From the NCBI GenBank assembly GCA_963745025.1, contig CAVUWD010000012.1, positions 1 through 64,000 of the forward strand: a stretch of 64,000 bases of DNA, given 5' to 3'. Under the pieces are notes generated by a model that saw nothing but the letters and a program-made list of their open reading frames with translations, was not told where the DNA came from and did no database searches. Positions within the stretch are counted from its first letter, which is position 1. Each line of letters opens with the position of its first letter. The position numbers and the translations under genes are program-made. This stretch comes from an uncultured delta proteobacterium. Its GTDB lineage: Bacteria > Desulfobacterota > Binatia > JACPRU01. Shown piece after piece: positions 48,401-58,536 of the stretch.

Positions 48401-51400
48401 GCCTTCATCACGTCGCGGAAGTTGAGCGCCGCGGCGCGCACCTCGATCTCGACCTCGCCCCGTGCGGGGCGGCGCCTCGGTTGGGCGCTCGGCCGCAGGC
48501 TGTCGAGCGCTCCCGGCGAGGGGATCTCCCATCGATAGCTCCGCGCCGCGGAGCCGTACGCGCCCAGCCGATCGAGCGAGGTCCTCGCCAGGCGGTTCAC
48601 GTGGCGCACCTCGCCGCGCAGCGCGATCTCTTCCTCGACGTCCTCAAAGCGGAGCTCCGCGACCAGGCGCTCGAGTTCGCCAGCGCCGGCGCGCGGGTCG
48701 AGGTCGATCATCCGGCAGCGCAGGCGCCGCTGCTCGTTCTGGATGACGCGGCCGAGCGCCCAGAGCGGCGCCTGCGCCGGCGACACTTCCTCGTCGCCGA
48801 TCTTTTGCGAGCCGCGCGTCACGAGCCAGAGCCGCGGCGTCTTCGCCGATTCGTCTGCGCACAGCGCCTGAACCAAATGCAACGCCGCAAGACAGCCGCA
48901 CCGCTCGGCGTCGATCAAGGTGTCGAGCGTCGTTTCGGAAGGCGGCGGAAGATCGAGGCTCCAGAGGTGCACGATCGCATCCGCCGGCGTTTGCAGGTCG
49001 GCGAACAGGTGGCGGAGCTGCTCGGCCGATCGCGGGTCGACCTCGAAACGGCCGTCTCCCCGCTCGCGGTAGCTGCTCCCCGCAAACACCAGCGCCACGG
49101 AGTCTCCGCACACAGCCAGCAGAGCGGCGAGGGCCTCCGCCGTGCCGCCGCGATCGGCGAGCAAGACCCAGCTCCGCGCCTCGCCGCACGGCGACGGTGC
49201 TGCGGGCTGCGGGGCACGCGCAGCCGGCTTGGACCGCGGCGCGCGCGCCACCAGGATCGTCTGCCCGGAGCGGTGCCCGGAGCGGACGTCTGGCACGGCA
49301 TTCACCTCGGTGAAGCCGGCCTCGACGAGCAGCCGGCGCCAGCTCGACCGCCCGAGGAGCGGGTGCCGCGGTCGGAGATCATGGTCGCGGAAGCGCCACC
49401 AGCCCGGGGTCAGGCCAAACACGAGATCGACCCACCGCGTCGGCCGGTCGATCTCGAGGGCGACGAACACGCCTTGCGGGGCGACGAGCTCGCGCACGTG
49501 AGCGAGCGACTCGGAGAGGCGGGCCGTCGCGTGCAGCGCGTCGCAGGCGATCACGACGTCGAAGGAGTGCGCCTCCAATCCCTGCTCGGCGGGCGGCTGC
49601 TCGATGTCGAGGAGCTGGCAACGAAGACGAGGGAATTCGAAGAATTTCTGCTCCGCCCGCGCGAAAAACATGGGAGAGACGTCCGAGAAGACGTACTCGG
49701 CGTCCGCCGGGAGGCGCCGCAGCACGTGCGCGGTGGTGCCGCCCGTGCCTGCGCCGATCTCGAGGACGCGCAGCGTCCTGCCGTCGGGGATTTCGCCGAC
49801 GGCCTCAGCCACCGCGGCCGCGACGGCGTGGTTGTAATCGGCGAACGATGGCGCGTCCTGATAGAGCTGCTCGAGCGCGAGGAGCGACCCGCCGGGAGCG
49901 ATCACAGCAAGCGGATCGCTCTCGCCGCGGAGAACTGCCGCGAGCGCGCTTCCGGTGCGGCGCAGCAGCACGAGCTCGGGATGAAACGCGGGAAAGCGCT
50001 CGAGCAGCGTTCGCCAGAGCAACTCGCACTCGGTCGTCTCGGGGAGGCGGCGTACGCGCCAGCGATCACGCGAGCGGGAGAGAATCCCGTCGTCGGCGAG
50101 AAACCCGAGGAAGCGATCGAGCAGCGGCCGATGTGCGGAAGCAATGCCGAGGCTCCGGGCGAGCGATTCGGCGCGGAGCGAGCGCCCGGCGCGGGGCTTC
50201 CAGCCGAGCTCGCGCAATGCGGCTACGACGTAGCCCCGACAGAGGCGGTCGAGCTCGCGCTCGATCGCCAGAAAGCGTGCGCGCGCCCCGCCCCTTCCTT
50301 GCCGCTGCGCGAGCACCTCGTACGCGCGGCCGGCAGCGCGAGACGCCGGACGGAGGAAGTCAGCCGGGAGCACGGGAGCCGTGGTGCCGGGAAGCGGCTT
50401 GGCCTCCCACCTCGACTCGTAGAGCCAGCTCTCGGGGTCCTCCGAGATCGCCGCGCGCAGAGCCTGGCAGCGAAAGCCCTCGATCTCGACCAGTAGCGCT
50501 CCCGAATCGTCGACGATGCGGATGTCGCCGACGATCGCGTTGCCGCCGCGGCGGACGAGCCGGGCGTGGCTCCACACCGCGGGGCCCGGACGGGAGAAGA
50601 AGCGCAGCCGCTCGATGTGCACCGGGAGGTAGAGCCGCGCGCCGCCGGCTGGCTCCTCGGGCAGCGCCGCAGACAGCACCTGGAAGCAGGCATCGAGCAG
50701 CGCCGGGTGCACGCGGTATCGGCCGACTGCTTCGGTGATGGGCTCGGGCGCGCGGACCCGACCGAGGGCCTCGCCGTCGCCGCGCCAGAGCGTCTCGATG
50801 CCCCGAAACGCCGGGCCGAACTCGAGCCCCGCATCGCGGAAGCGCCGATAGCATTCCTGCGGCGAAACCCGTTGCCCGCAACGGGCGCGCACGCGCGCGA
50901 GCGTCGACCGCTCGGCGGGCTCCGCGTCCGAGTCGGGACGGAGCCGCCCCACGCAGTGAGCCGTCCAGCGGCCAACCTCGGCGCCGAGAGAGCTCGAGAT
51001 AGTGAAACGCGAATCCTGCGGTTCGAGCGAGATTTGCAGCCGAGGAACGTCCTCGCCCTCGGGAACGACCAGGGCGCGCACGAAATCGACGTCCTCGAGC
51101 CGCCACGGAGCGGCGCCGAGCTGTTTGTCCGCGGCCTCCGCCGCCACCTCGACGTAGCCCGCCGCCGGAAACACCACGTGGCCCTGCACGCGGTGATCCT
51201 TCAGGTACGGCATCGCCTCCTTGTCGATCCAACCTTCCCAGGTAGACTCCGCCGCGCCGACGTCCCGTGCCAAGAACGGATGGAGCGCGGGATCGAGGCG
51301 CCGCTGCCGGCTGCCCTCGGACTCGTGCCAGAAGCGCTCGCGCTGCCACGCATAGCCGGGCAGCGTCGCGAGGCGCTCTGCCTGCGGGTAGACTCCGCGC

Positions 51401-54048
51401 CAGTCCATCTCCACGCCGTTCACGTAGAGCCGAGCGAGCGAGCCGAGCATCGTCGCGCGCTCGGCTTCCGTCCGGCGCAGCGAGGGGAGGACGGCGCCCT
51501 TGCAGGAGTGATGTCGCAGGCACTCTGCGATCGAAGCGCCCACCGCGGGGTGCGCGCTCAGCTCGAGAAAGATCCGCCAGCCACGATGGACGAGCGCGCC
51601 GACCGCCGGCGCGAAGCGCACCGTCTCGCGCACGTTCCGCCACCAGTACTCGGCCGAGAGCTCGTCGCCGACGAGCTCTCCCGCCGTCACGGTCGAGATC
51701 ATCGGCAGGTGTGCCGGAGCACGCGCGAAGCTGCCGAGCGACGTCAAGAGCTCTTCGCGGACGGGATCCATCTGCGGGCTGTGAAACGCGTAGTTCACCC
51801 GCAGGAAGCGGCACAAAACCTCCCGAGACTCGAGCGCGGCCGCGATCTCCTCGAGGGCGGCGCCGTCTCCCGAGAGCGTGACCGACGCCGGCGCGTTCAC
51901 GGCGCCGATCGCCACGCGATCCTCGTAGGGCGCGATCACCTCGGCCGCCTCCTCGGCGGAGAGCTCCGCGGCGAGCATTCGTCCGCGCTCCGGTGCGAGA
52001 TCCATGCAGCGGCCGCGCTGGAAGATGACGTGCGCGGCGTCGCCGAGCGTCAGCACGCCTGCGACATGGGCCGCCGCGACCTCACCCACACTGTGCCCGA
52101 CCACGGCCGCCGGCCGAATCCCCCATGACTCCCAGAGTGCGGCCAACGCCACCTGCAGCGCGAAGATCGCCGGCTGGGCGATGGCCGTCTCGGCGAGTCG
52201 CGAGGAGCGCTCATCGCGAGACAGCTCCTCGAGAAGCCGCCAGCTCGCGTGCCGGCCGAGCTCACCGTCACACTCCTCGAGCTTGTCGCGAAAGACGGGC
52301 TCCTCGCGGAAGAGCTCGCGCCCCATGCCCCACCACTGCGGCCCCTGCCCGGAGAACACGAAGGCCACGTCTCGGCGGCCCTCCGCGAGCGGCTGACCGC
52401 AGACCACACCCGGCAGAGACTCGCCGGCAGCGAACGTACCGACCTGCACGCCGATCTCCCGCCGATCGCGGCCGACGATCGCGAGGCGCTCGCGGTGGTG
52501 CGTGCGGCGAGCGCCGGCGGTCCAGCAGATCTCGTCGAGCGAGGCATCGCCCGCCGATGACGACAAAAGCTCGCGGTAGCGGCCGGCGATGGCAGCGAGC
52601 GCGTCGCTGCTCTGGGCCGACATCACCAGCAGCCTTGCGCGCTCGGCCTCCGGTGCGGCCGCAGCGTGCCGGGCTGGCTTCGGCACCGCCTGCAAGATCG
52701 CGTGTGCGTTGCTGCCGCCGAATCCGAAGGAATTGATGCCGGCGAGCGGCGCGTCTCCGCCGCTTCGGGGCATCTCCTCGACCACCACCGGCACGCGCAG
52801 CTTGAGCCGCTCGAAGTCGATCGCGGGATTCGGGTTCTGGAAGTGGAGGTTCGGCGGGATCCGGCCGTGATACAGCGCGAGCGCGAGCTTGATCAGCCCG
52901 GCGATGCCGGCTCCCGCCTCGAGGTGTCCGACGTTCGTCTTCACCGAGCCGACGATGCAGGCGCGGTCGTCGGGCCGGCCCGCGCCGAGCGCCTCGCCGA
53001 GAGCGCGCGCTTCGATCGGATCGCCGACCGGCGTTCCGGTGCCGTGCGCCTCGACGTAACCGATCGCCGACGGCCGCACCTCAGCCTGGCGGCACGCGGC
53101 CCGCACCAGCGCGGCTTGAGCGGCGGCACTCGGTACGGTGATGCCGTTCGTGTGCCCGTCCTGGTTGGCGGCCGTGCCGCGGATCGCGGCATAGATGCGA
53201 TCGCCGTCGGCGAGCGCGGCAGCGAGCGGCTTCAGCACCACGACCCCGGCGCCCTCCGCACGCACGAACCCGTCGGCGCTCGCGTCGAACGCCTTGCACC
53301 GGCCCGTCGGCGACAGCATCGACATCCGGCTGAAGGCGACGAACGGCATCGGCGCGAGCAGCGCGTTCACACCCCCGACCAAGGCGAGCGTGCAGTCGCC
53401 GCTCCGCAGGCTCTCGCAGGCGAGGTGGGCGGCGATCAGCGAAGACGAGCACGCCGTATCGATCGCCACGCTCGGCCCGCGAAGGTCGAAGCAGTAGGAG
53501 ATGCGATTCGCGGCGATGCTCAGCACGCCGCCCGTGGTGCTGTAGATGTCGATTTCGCTGCGCTCGTCCGGGCTCGACTGCAAGAGCTCGTAGTCGTGCG
53601 TTGAAATGCCGATGAACACACCTGTCGGCGAGCCGCGCAGGCGGCTCGCCACCTGCCCCGAGTCTTCGAGCGCCTCCCAGGCCGTCTCGAGAAGCATGCG
53701 TTGCTGCGGGTCCATGAACGCCGCCTCGCGCGGGGAGATACCGAAGAAGGCAGGGTCGAACCGGTCGATTCCGTCCACGAAGCCGGCGAAGCGCGTGATC
53801 GACTTTCCCGTGCGCCCAGGCACGGGATCGTAGTACGCGTCGATGCTCCAACGATCGGCGGGAATCTCGCGCACGGCGTCGACCCCGTCGCAGAGGAGCT
53901 TCCAGAACGTTTGCGGGTGGTCGGCGCCTCCCGGAAACCGGCAGCCGATACCGACGATGGCGATGGGCTCTCGACTCAAGGCTCGCCTTTGGCCCCCTTC
54001 TTCGAGCCGCCCGGAATCGGGGGCTCCCGGCGCCCGCAGGTGACGCAT
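45388..54048 (-). CDS. Single-module type I PKS: KS-AT-DH-cMT-ER-KR-ACP-TE
   Basis: KS DTACSSS/HGTGT/GHLE; AT GHSVG and YAFHS; DH HRVQGHVVFP; cMT LEIGAGTGG; ER AATGGVG; KR GGLGGFG/LDD/Y; ACP GVDSL; TE GFSLGG. An alternative start is TTG 53979. Confidence 0.93.
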   Translation of the reverse strand: MRHLRAPGAPDSGRLEEGGQRRALSREPIAIVGIGCRFPGGADHPQTFWKLLCDGVDAVREIPADRWSIDAYYDPVPGRTGKSITRFAGFVDGIDRFDPAFFGISPREAAFMDPQQRMLLETAWEALEDSGQVASRLRGSPTGVFIGISTHDYELLQSSPDERSEIDIYSTTGGVLSIAANRISYCFDLRGPSVAIDTACSSSLIAAHLACESLRSGDCTLALVGGVNALLAPMPFVAFSRMSMLSPTGRCKAFDASADGFVRAEGAGVVVLKPLAAALADGDRIYAAIRGTAANQDGHTNGITVPSAAAQAALVRAACRQAEVRPSAIGYVEAHGTGTPVGDPIEARALGEALGAGRPDDRACIVGSVKTNVGHLEAGAGIAGLIKLALALYHGRIPPNLHFQNPNPAIDFERLKLRVPVVVEEMPRSGGDAPLAGINSFGFGGSNAHAILQAVPKPARHAAAAPEAERARLLVMSAQSSDALAAIAGRYRELLSSSAGDASLDEICWTAGARRTHHRERLAIVGRDRREIGVQVGTFAAGESLPGVVCGQPLAEGRRDVAFVFSGQGPQWWGMGRELFREEPVFRDKLEECDGELGRHASWRLLEELSRDERSSRLAETAIAQPAIFALQVALAALWESWGIRPAAVVGHSVGEVAAAHVAGVLTLGDAAHVIFQRGRCMDLAPERGRMLAAELSAEEAAEVIAPYEDRVAIGAVNAPASVTLSGDGAALEEIAAALESREVLCRFLRVNYAFHSPQMDPVREELLTSLGSFARAPAHLPMISTVTAGELVGDELSAEYWWRNVRETVRFAPAVGALVHRGWRIFLELSAHPAVGASIAECLRHHSCKGAVLPSLRRTEAERATMLGSLARLYVNGVEMDWRGVYPQAERLATLPGYAWQRERFWHESEGSRQRRLDPALHPFLARDVGAAESTWEGWIDKEAMPYLKDHRVQGHVVFPAAGYVEVAAEAADKQLGAAPWRLEDVDFVRALVVPEGEDVPRLQISLEPQDSRFTISSSLGAEVGRWTAHCVGRLRPDSDAEPAERSTLARVRARCGQRVSPQECYRRFRDAGLEFGPAFRGIETLWRGDGEALGRVRAPEPITEAVGRYRVHPALLDACFQVLSAALPEEPAGGARLYLPVHIERLRFFSRPGPAVWSHARLVRRGGNAIVGDIRIVDDSGALLVEIEGFRCQALRAAISEDPESWLYESRWEAKPLPGTTAPVLPADFLRPASRAAGRAYEVLAQRQGRGGARARFLAIERELDRLCRGYVVAALRELGWKPRAGRSLRAESLARSLGIASAHRPLLDRFLGFLADDGILSRSRDRWRVRRLPETTECELLWRTLLERFPAFHPELVLLRRTGSALAAVLRGESDPLAVIAPGGSLLALEQLYQDAPSFADYNHAVAAAVAEAVGEIPDGRTLRVLEIGAGTGGTTAHVLRRLPADAEYVFSDVSPMFFARAEQKFFEFPRLRCQLLDIEQPPAEQGLEAHSFDVVIACDALHATARLSESLAHVRELVAPQGVFVALEIDRPTRWVDLVFGLTPGWWRFRDHDLRPRHPLLGRSSWRRLLVEAGFTEVNAVPDVRSGHRSGQTILVARAPRSKPAARAPQPAAPSPCGEARSWVLLADRGGTAEALAALLAVCGDSVALVFAGSSYRERGDGRFEVDPRSAEQLRHLFADLQTPADAIVHLWSLDLPPPSETTLDTLIDAERCGCLAALHLVQALCADESAKTPRLWLVTRGSQKIGDEEVSPAQAPLWALGRVIQNEQRRLRCRMIDLDPRAGAGELERLVAELRFEDVEEEIALRGEVRHVNRLARTSLDRLGAYGSAARSYRWEIPSPGALDSLRPSAQPRRRPARGEVEIEVRAAALNFRDVMKALGIYPIENDDDLRIGDECAGRIVALGPGVDGLREEDAVLAMGSGCFASHLTLEAGRVARIPRGLSFEEAATIPVVFLTAWYALHHLGQIGRGEKVLVQAATGGVGLAALEIARLAGAEIFATAGSPEKRDFLRALGVAHGHVMDSRSLAFADQVLAATGGRGVDLVLNSLAGEAIAKGLSVLAPHGRFLEIGKRDIYQDTRIGLRSFRRSLSMFAVDLPQVMRDHPVLTRALIAEILGRFAARKLHPLPHRAFAVSDLAGAFRFMAKAQHVGKVVVSMDDDQVRPRAAGGAAVARFRKDASYLITGGLGGFGLALAQWMVENGARCLVLAGRSGASTPRARRALSALRRRGVRVVVAKSDAANAEQVARLFRRIATSLPPLRGVVHAAMVLDDGILTQLDAERLHRVMAPKVHGAWNLHLQSRDLALDFFVLFSSVSSIVGAPAQGNYVAANGFLDALAHYRRRLGLPALAVNWGQLSEVGYVARHEKVKEHLTRQGILGISPAEALGLLGRLLRSRAGQIGVVRVDWHRWASFLPAVASAPRYAALIGVSAAADGGKAGRGVRDTFLEAPAEQRLGLVTAYVREQVGRVLRTSATKLDVGRPLSELGVDSLMAFELVNRIETQFALALPTSKLTAGTTIERLAAVLFEVLMAAPASSPGPSAQLTATVSQTPHPRADLILAFRAEGSRLPLFCVHPAGGLANVYQHLAESLPADLPVHGLQSRAIAQGVAEQISLARLAADYATEIVERQPSGPYRLLGFSLGGILALAVTTVLEGRGERVELLGVVDSDLSLTLPGRRTGGYVTRHIVDMYRTFAREFAPLRRLEPAKLEEHATDLASRVLAAPASARGATIVRWLTERGLLEASVSPALLERYFSLFDAHVALVEGFHPPAVQAPIVLWHRGQASNGESDRIGPWRRCVGSLFEERSIEGSHYDLLYPPLVTRLAAEIDEVLRRAEDHGGTGSAVTSIPGRGAPVAAAYPGASVRDRAPSARSTPARRGR

Positions 54049-54262
54049 CTAGATAGTCGACCTGCCGGAGGTTTCCAATATGGGTACCGTTCCAAATTGG
54101 ACGACGGTGGCTTTTCCGATCGATCCGGTCTGTCTCGGATCGACCGGAGAAGCCACCCAACCGCGCGAAGCGCGGATCCGCTTCAAGCACCCCGGGGCGG
54201 AAGTTTTCGCTGACCCCTCAAACGGCGGCCACGCTCGATCGTCACCGCATTCGAGCTCGGTC

Positions 54263-56386
54263 TCAGATGCGCACGAGCGGCGTCTCGCGGATCCCGTCCG
54301 GCCAGCTCCCGAAGTGCTTCAGCGCGTCCGCATCGGGCCGTAGCTTCGACCACTCTTTCTCGAAGTCGGCCCAAGCTTTCGCGCGCGCGAGACGGCGCCG
54401 GCGCTCGGCGTCGCGCGCGAGTTTCGTCGCCGCCTCTTCGACGAGGAAAGACTGCGGATCGAAGCGGACGCAGTAGACGTTCTCCGCGGCCCAGCGGCTG
54501 ACGATCCCGGCGCGAACGTCCGCGACGACGGCGGCGGGATCGCGCTGCAGCACGTCGCCGTAGCCGGCGCCGCCGGCGGCGAACTGCACGATGACGTCCC
54601 CGTTCATGCCGATGCGCGTCGGTCGATTGATGTTCTCGAACACGTACTCGCCGCGGATCGTCCGCTCGGTCGCCAGCTCGACGGCGTTCTTCGGCAGGTC
54701 CACGTCTCCGCGGCCCATCTTTTCGATGAGGTCGGTGTTCCGCACCCAGATCCCCGGGCACGCGCTCGACGGATAGCCGCCGAATAGCCCGACAGCGCAG
54801 CTGATCGCCGAGCTCTTGCCGAGGCCCTGCCAGAAGAAGTAGGGCACGTGGTACGGTACGAGTGCGGTCTCCGTCGCGCTTCCGCCCTGGAACTTGCCGA
54901 ACCCGCCGCCGTCCTCGCGGAGGTTCAGGAACAGGCGCAGGAACTGGTACTCGGTCTCCGAGTCCTCGGCGTCTGGAGAGCGCCCGGCGTGCGCCCACGG
55001 GAATCCGTACGCGTGGACGCCATCCTTGTCGACACGGGCACCCTGCCCCTCGGTGTTGAGCGTCGTCGCCTCGAGCTCCGCAACCGGAATCCCATATTGA
55101 TTGACGCCGGCGAAGATCACGGCGCTGCCGTTGTTCGAGTTGGGTGCGCCGACCTGCAGGCGGTCCGGAGAGTCGTACATCATCCGCGCAAAGACCTGCG
55201 GCGTGAGGCTCATCACCAGGCTGTTCACCGTGGGGCTGTTGCTGATCGCCGCGTCGGCTCCGGCGTTGAACACCGAGCCCGGCGGCACCTTCCACTCGAA
55301 GGCGGCGAGCGTCCCGTTCGACACCGGCAGGTCGTGGAACGGGTAGGCGTAGATGTAGATCGCGGCGTGGGCGGCGGCGATGTGCGGGTAGCAGTTGTAC
55401 GAGGAATCGTTCTCCGGGGAGCTGCCGGTGAAATCCATGACGATCGAGTCGCCGCGCTTCTCCGCAGTGAGCACGCCGCGCACCAGCGCCGGCTCGCGCC
55501 CGATCGTGTCGATGAAGATCGTCGAGCGGTAGACGCCGTCGTTCCAGCGAGCGATCCGCTGGCGCACCGCCTTCTCCGCGACCACCACGAGCCGCCGCAA
55601 GAGCCCGCGAACGAAGTCGTTGCCCTTCTCGCGCGCGAGATCGACGATCCGGACGCGGAGCCGATCCGCGCCGGTCACCCGCGCGCGGGTGTCGACCGCC
55701 TGCATGCGCGGCGCGCGGCCGATGAAGTTCTCGAACATGCGCAGCACGTCGGCGCGGATCTGGAAGTTCTCGCCGATCTTGAGCGGCGTGATCTTCATGC
55801 CCTCGTCGTTACGGCTCCGCGCCGAAAGCGGCATCCCGCCCGGCTCGATCGCACCCGTTTCCGGCTGGTGTGCCAGCGCGCACGTCCAGGCGATCAGCTC
55901 GCCGTCGTTGAAGACCGGCATCATTGCCATCTGGTCGCAATTGTGGATGCCGCCGTAGCGGGCCTCGTTCGCGTAGAAGATGTCGCCGTCGCGGACGCCG
56001 ACCGTCGGGTCGGCGTAGAACTCCTGCATGATGTACTTGACCGGCAGCGTGGCGGTGACGCAGTGAAGGTAGGTGCCGGCCGAGGCGTTGGCCAGGTCGC
56101 CGTTTGCGGTGTAGACGCCGACGATCAGGTCCCCCGAGCGCAGCATGCTCGTCACGCCGCTGCGGATGAAGATCTCGCGGGCTTCGTCGAGGAAGTTCGC
56201 GAGCTTCTCGTCGTAGATCTCGTAGTCGCCGGGCTGAAGGAGCTCCATGCACCGCTCTTCGAGCGCCGACGGCTTCTCGGGCTTGATCCACTCGACGACG
56301 CTCGACGGCGTGATCGCGAGCGGCGTCACGCGCAGGTGTTCGGGGACGTCGGCGTTCCGGTTGCGCTTGCTTGCAACGAGGCTCAT
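54263..56386 (-). CDS. Hydantoinase B/oxoprolinase subunit (ApcD-like)
   Basis: Starts MSLVASK; GDIFYAN, GIHNCD, AHQPETG, GGFGKFQGG and GGAGYGD; 707 aa. Confidence 0.85.
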   Translation of the reverse strand: MSLVASKRNRNADVPEHLRVTPLAITPSSVVEWIKPEKPSALEERCMELLQPGDYEIYDEKLANFLDEAREIFIRSGVTSMLRSGDLIVGVYTANGDLANASAGTYLHCVTATLPVKYIMQEFYADPTVGVRDGDIFYANEARYGGIHNCDQMAMMPVFNDGELIAWTCALAHQPETGAIEPGGMPLSARSRNDEGMKITPLKIGENFQIRADVLRMFENFIGRAPRMQAVDTRARVTGADRLRVRIVDLAREKGNDFVRGLLRRLVVVAEKAVRQRIARWNDGVYRSTIFIDTIGREPALVRGVLTAEKRGDSIVMDFTGSSPENDSSYNCYPHIAAAHAAIYIYAYPFHDLPVSNGTLAAFEWKVPPGSVFNAGADAAISNSPTVNSLVMSLTPQVFARMMYDSPDRLQVGAPNSNNGSAVIFAGVNQYGIPVAELEATTLNTEGQGARVDKDGVHAYGFPWAHAGRSPDAEDSETEYQFLRLFLNLREDGGGFGKFQGGSATETALVPYHVPYFFWQGLGKSSAISCAVGLFGGYPSSACPGIWVRNTDLIEKMGRGDVDLPKNAVELATERTIRGEYVFENINRPTRIGMNGDVIVQFAAGGAGYGDVLQRDPAAVVADVRAGIVSRWAAENVYCVRFDPQSFLVEEAATKLARDAERRRRLARAKAWADFEKEWSKLRPDADALKHFGSWPDGIRETPLVRI

Positions 56387-58536
56387 CGCATCACCTTGGT
56401 GATCAACAGATTTGCCATCGGATCGACCTCGACCGCGTATCCCGGAGCCACGACGGCGGTGGAATAGGCCGCCTCGACGATCGCCGGCCCCTCGAACCGG
56501 TTGCCGGGCCGGAGCTTGTCCTCGTCGTAGATCGGCGTGTCGATTCGCTCGCAGCGCTCGTCCCAGATCGCCGGCCGCGTGCCGGTCCGCGCGGCCGAAG
56601 CGTCGGGCCCAGCGAGCGAGCCGGACGGGATCTCCCACTGCGGCTCGGCGACCTCGGCGCGCAGCACGAAGCTGTGGATCTCGACGCCGCCCTCCGGAAA
56701 GACGTTCACCGGGCTGAAGGCGGAGGCGTAGTCCTTCTCGAAGCTCTCGTAGAGCTCCATCACGTCCTCGACCGAGGAGAGCCGAGTCTTCGGCGCGGCC
56801 GCGCGGTGAATGTGGATCTGCCCGCCGTACTTGGCGTCGAGCTCGAGGCTGAAGCGGGCGCGGCTCGCATCGTAGCCTTCGCCGGCGAGGTCCTTCCGCG
56901 CTCTCTGCTCGAGCCGCTCGACGACCTCGTTGAATTCGTCGAAACGCGTCATCGGCGACTGGGTGTTCGGGGCCAGCAGCTCGAGCCGCTTCGAGGCTTC
57001 GTAGATATGGACGAGCGGCATGGTCGACGCGCCCCACGCGCAGAAGACCGGCGAGAACGGGAAGATCACCATCGTCTTCATGCCGAGCGCGCCGCCGTAG
57101 CCGACACAGTGGGTCGGGCCGGCGCCGCCGAAGGCGAACAGCGCGAAGTCCTTGGGATCGAAGCCGCGCAGGAACGTCTCGCGCGCGATCACGTCGGCCA
57201 TGTTGGCGTCGACGATTCGCTTGACGCGCAGCGCCGCCTGCTCGATCGTGATGCCGAGCGGCTTGGCGATCTTCGTCTCGATCGCCTTGACGGCGAGCTC
57301 GGGCTTCAAGCGCATCTTGCCGCCGAAGTAACGGTTCGGGTTCATGTAGCCGAGCACGAGGTCGGCATCGGTCACGGTCGGCTCCTGCCCGCCAAGGCCG
57401 TAACAGGCCGGGCCGGGCATCGAGCCGGCGCCGCGCGGCCCGACCTCGAGGCGGTTGCCGAGCGCCTGGTTCAGCCAGGCGATCGAGCCGCCGCCCGCTC
57501 CGATCGAGCGTGTCTCGAGGATCGACATGTCGACCCAGTAGCGGTCGATGATCGGCCGGAACTTGTAGAAGCGGGTCGAGCCCTTGACGACGAGCCCGAT
57601 GTCGAAGCTCGTGCCGCCCATGTCGGTCACCAGCACGTTGTCGTAACCGAGGCGCTTGCCGATCGCCGACCCGCCGATCAAACCGGCGACGGGCCCGCCG
57701 TTGTAGGTCTGTACCGCGGAGGTGCGGTACACTTCGGCCATGCCTCCGGTGTTGTGGACCATCATGATGCCGCGCGAGTAGCCGGCGTCGCGCAGCTCGT
57801 CCCCCATTCCCGAGAGCTCCTCCCACATCGACTGATGGAGGTAGGCGTTGAGCACCGTCGTGTTCGTCCGCGTGTACTCGAGGCGCTTCGGCACCACGTC
57901 GGAGGAGAGCATGATCGGCATCGCGCCGAGGTACGCTTCGGGAAACTCCGCTTCGATGAGTTCGCGTATTCGCCGCTCGTGGACCGGGTTCAGGTACGAG
58001 AAGAGGAGCGAGACCACGAAGCCACGCGCGCCGCGGTCGACGAGGGCCCGGAGCCCGTCGAGGAAGTGCTCCTCGTCGAGCGGACGCACGACCTTGCCGA
58101 AGCAGTCGACTCGCTCACGGACGGCGAGGGTCATCTCGGACTCGACGAGCGGCTCGGCCTTGGTGATGCGCGCGACGTTGCGGATCTCGCGCAGCACGGC
58201 CGCGTCCATCCAGGAAGCGCCCCTGGAGATGCGCAGGACGTCCTGGAAACCCTCGGTCGCGAGCAGCGCCAAGCGGGGACCGGTCCGCTGAATGAGCGTG
58301 TTCATCGCCACCGTCGTCGAGTAACGGATCGTCTCGGTCGCGGAGAGGAGGTCCTCGGTCGAGATCCCGAGCTCGGTCGCCGCGGACTTGAGGGCACGCA
58401 TGAAACCGACGGCGAGGCGGAAGCCGGTCGTCGGCGTCTTGCACGCGGCCATCCGCCCATCCGGCAGGCGGACGAAGCAATCCGTGAACGTCCCCCCGAT
58501 GTCGACGTCGATCGTGGCTCCGGTCGGGCCGCTCAC
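56383..58536 (-). CDS. Hydantoinase A/oxoprolinase ATPase subunit (ApcC-like)
   Basis: DIGGTFTD, DMGGTSFD, IGAGGGS, GPACY and FGGAGP; 4-nt overlaps with both neighbours. Confidence 0.88.
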   Translation of the reverse strand: MSGPTGATIDVDIGGTFTDCFVRLPDGRMAACKTPTTGFRLAVGFMRALKSAATELGISTEDLLSATETIRYSTTVAMNTLIQRTGPRLALLATEGFQDVLRISRGASWMDAAVLREIRNVARITKAEPLVESEMTLAVRERVDCFGKVVRPLDEEHFLDGLRALVDRGARGFVVSLLFSYLNPVHERRIRELIEAEFPEAYLGAMPIMLSSDVVPKRLEYTRTNTTVLNAYLHQSMWEELSGMGDELRDAGYSRGIMMVHNTGGMAEVYRTSAVQTYNGGPVAGLIGGSAIGKRLGYDNVLVTDMGGTSFDIGLVVKGSTRFYKFRPIIDRYWVDMSILETRSIGAGGGSIAWLNQALGNRLEVGPRGAGSMPGPACYGLGGQEPTVTDADLVLGYMNPNRYFGGKMRLKPELAVKAIETKIAKPLGITIEQAALRVKRIVDANMADVIARETFLRGFDPKDFALFAFGGAGPTHCVGYGGALGMKTMVIFPFSPVFCAWGASTMPLVHIYEASKRLELLAPNTQSPMTRFDEFNEVVERLEQRARKDLAGEGYDASRARFSLELDAKYGGQIHIHRAAAPKTRLSSVEDVMELYESFEKDYASAFSPVNVFPEGGVEIHSFVLRAEVAEPQWEIPSGSLAGPDASAARTGTRPAIWDERCERIDTPIYDEDKLRPGNRFEGPAIVEAAYSTAVVAPGYAVEVDPMANLLITKVMR

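Noticed and set aside
56387-57826. N-terminal ~480 aa of the 1187-aa ORF 54263..57826
   Set aside because: It is an Arg-rich off-frame shadow of the overlapping hydantoinase A gene; the real start is 56386.
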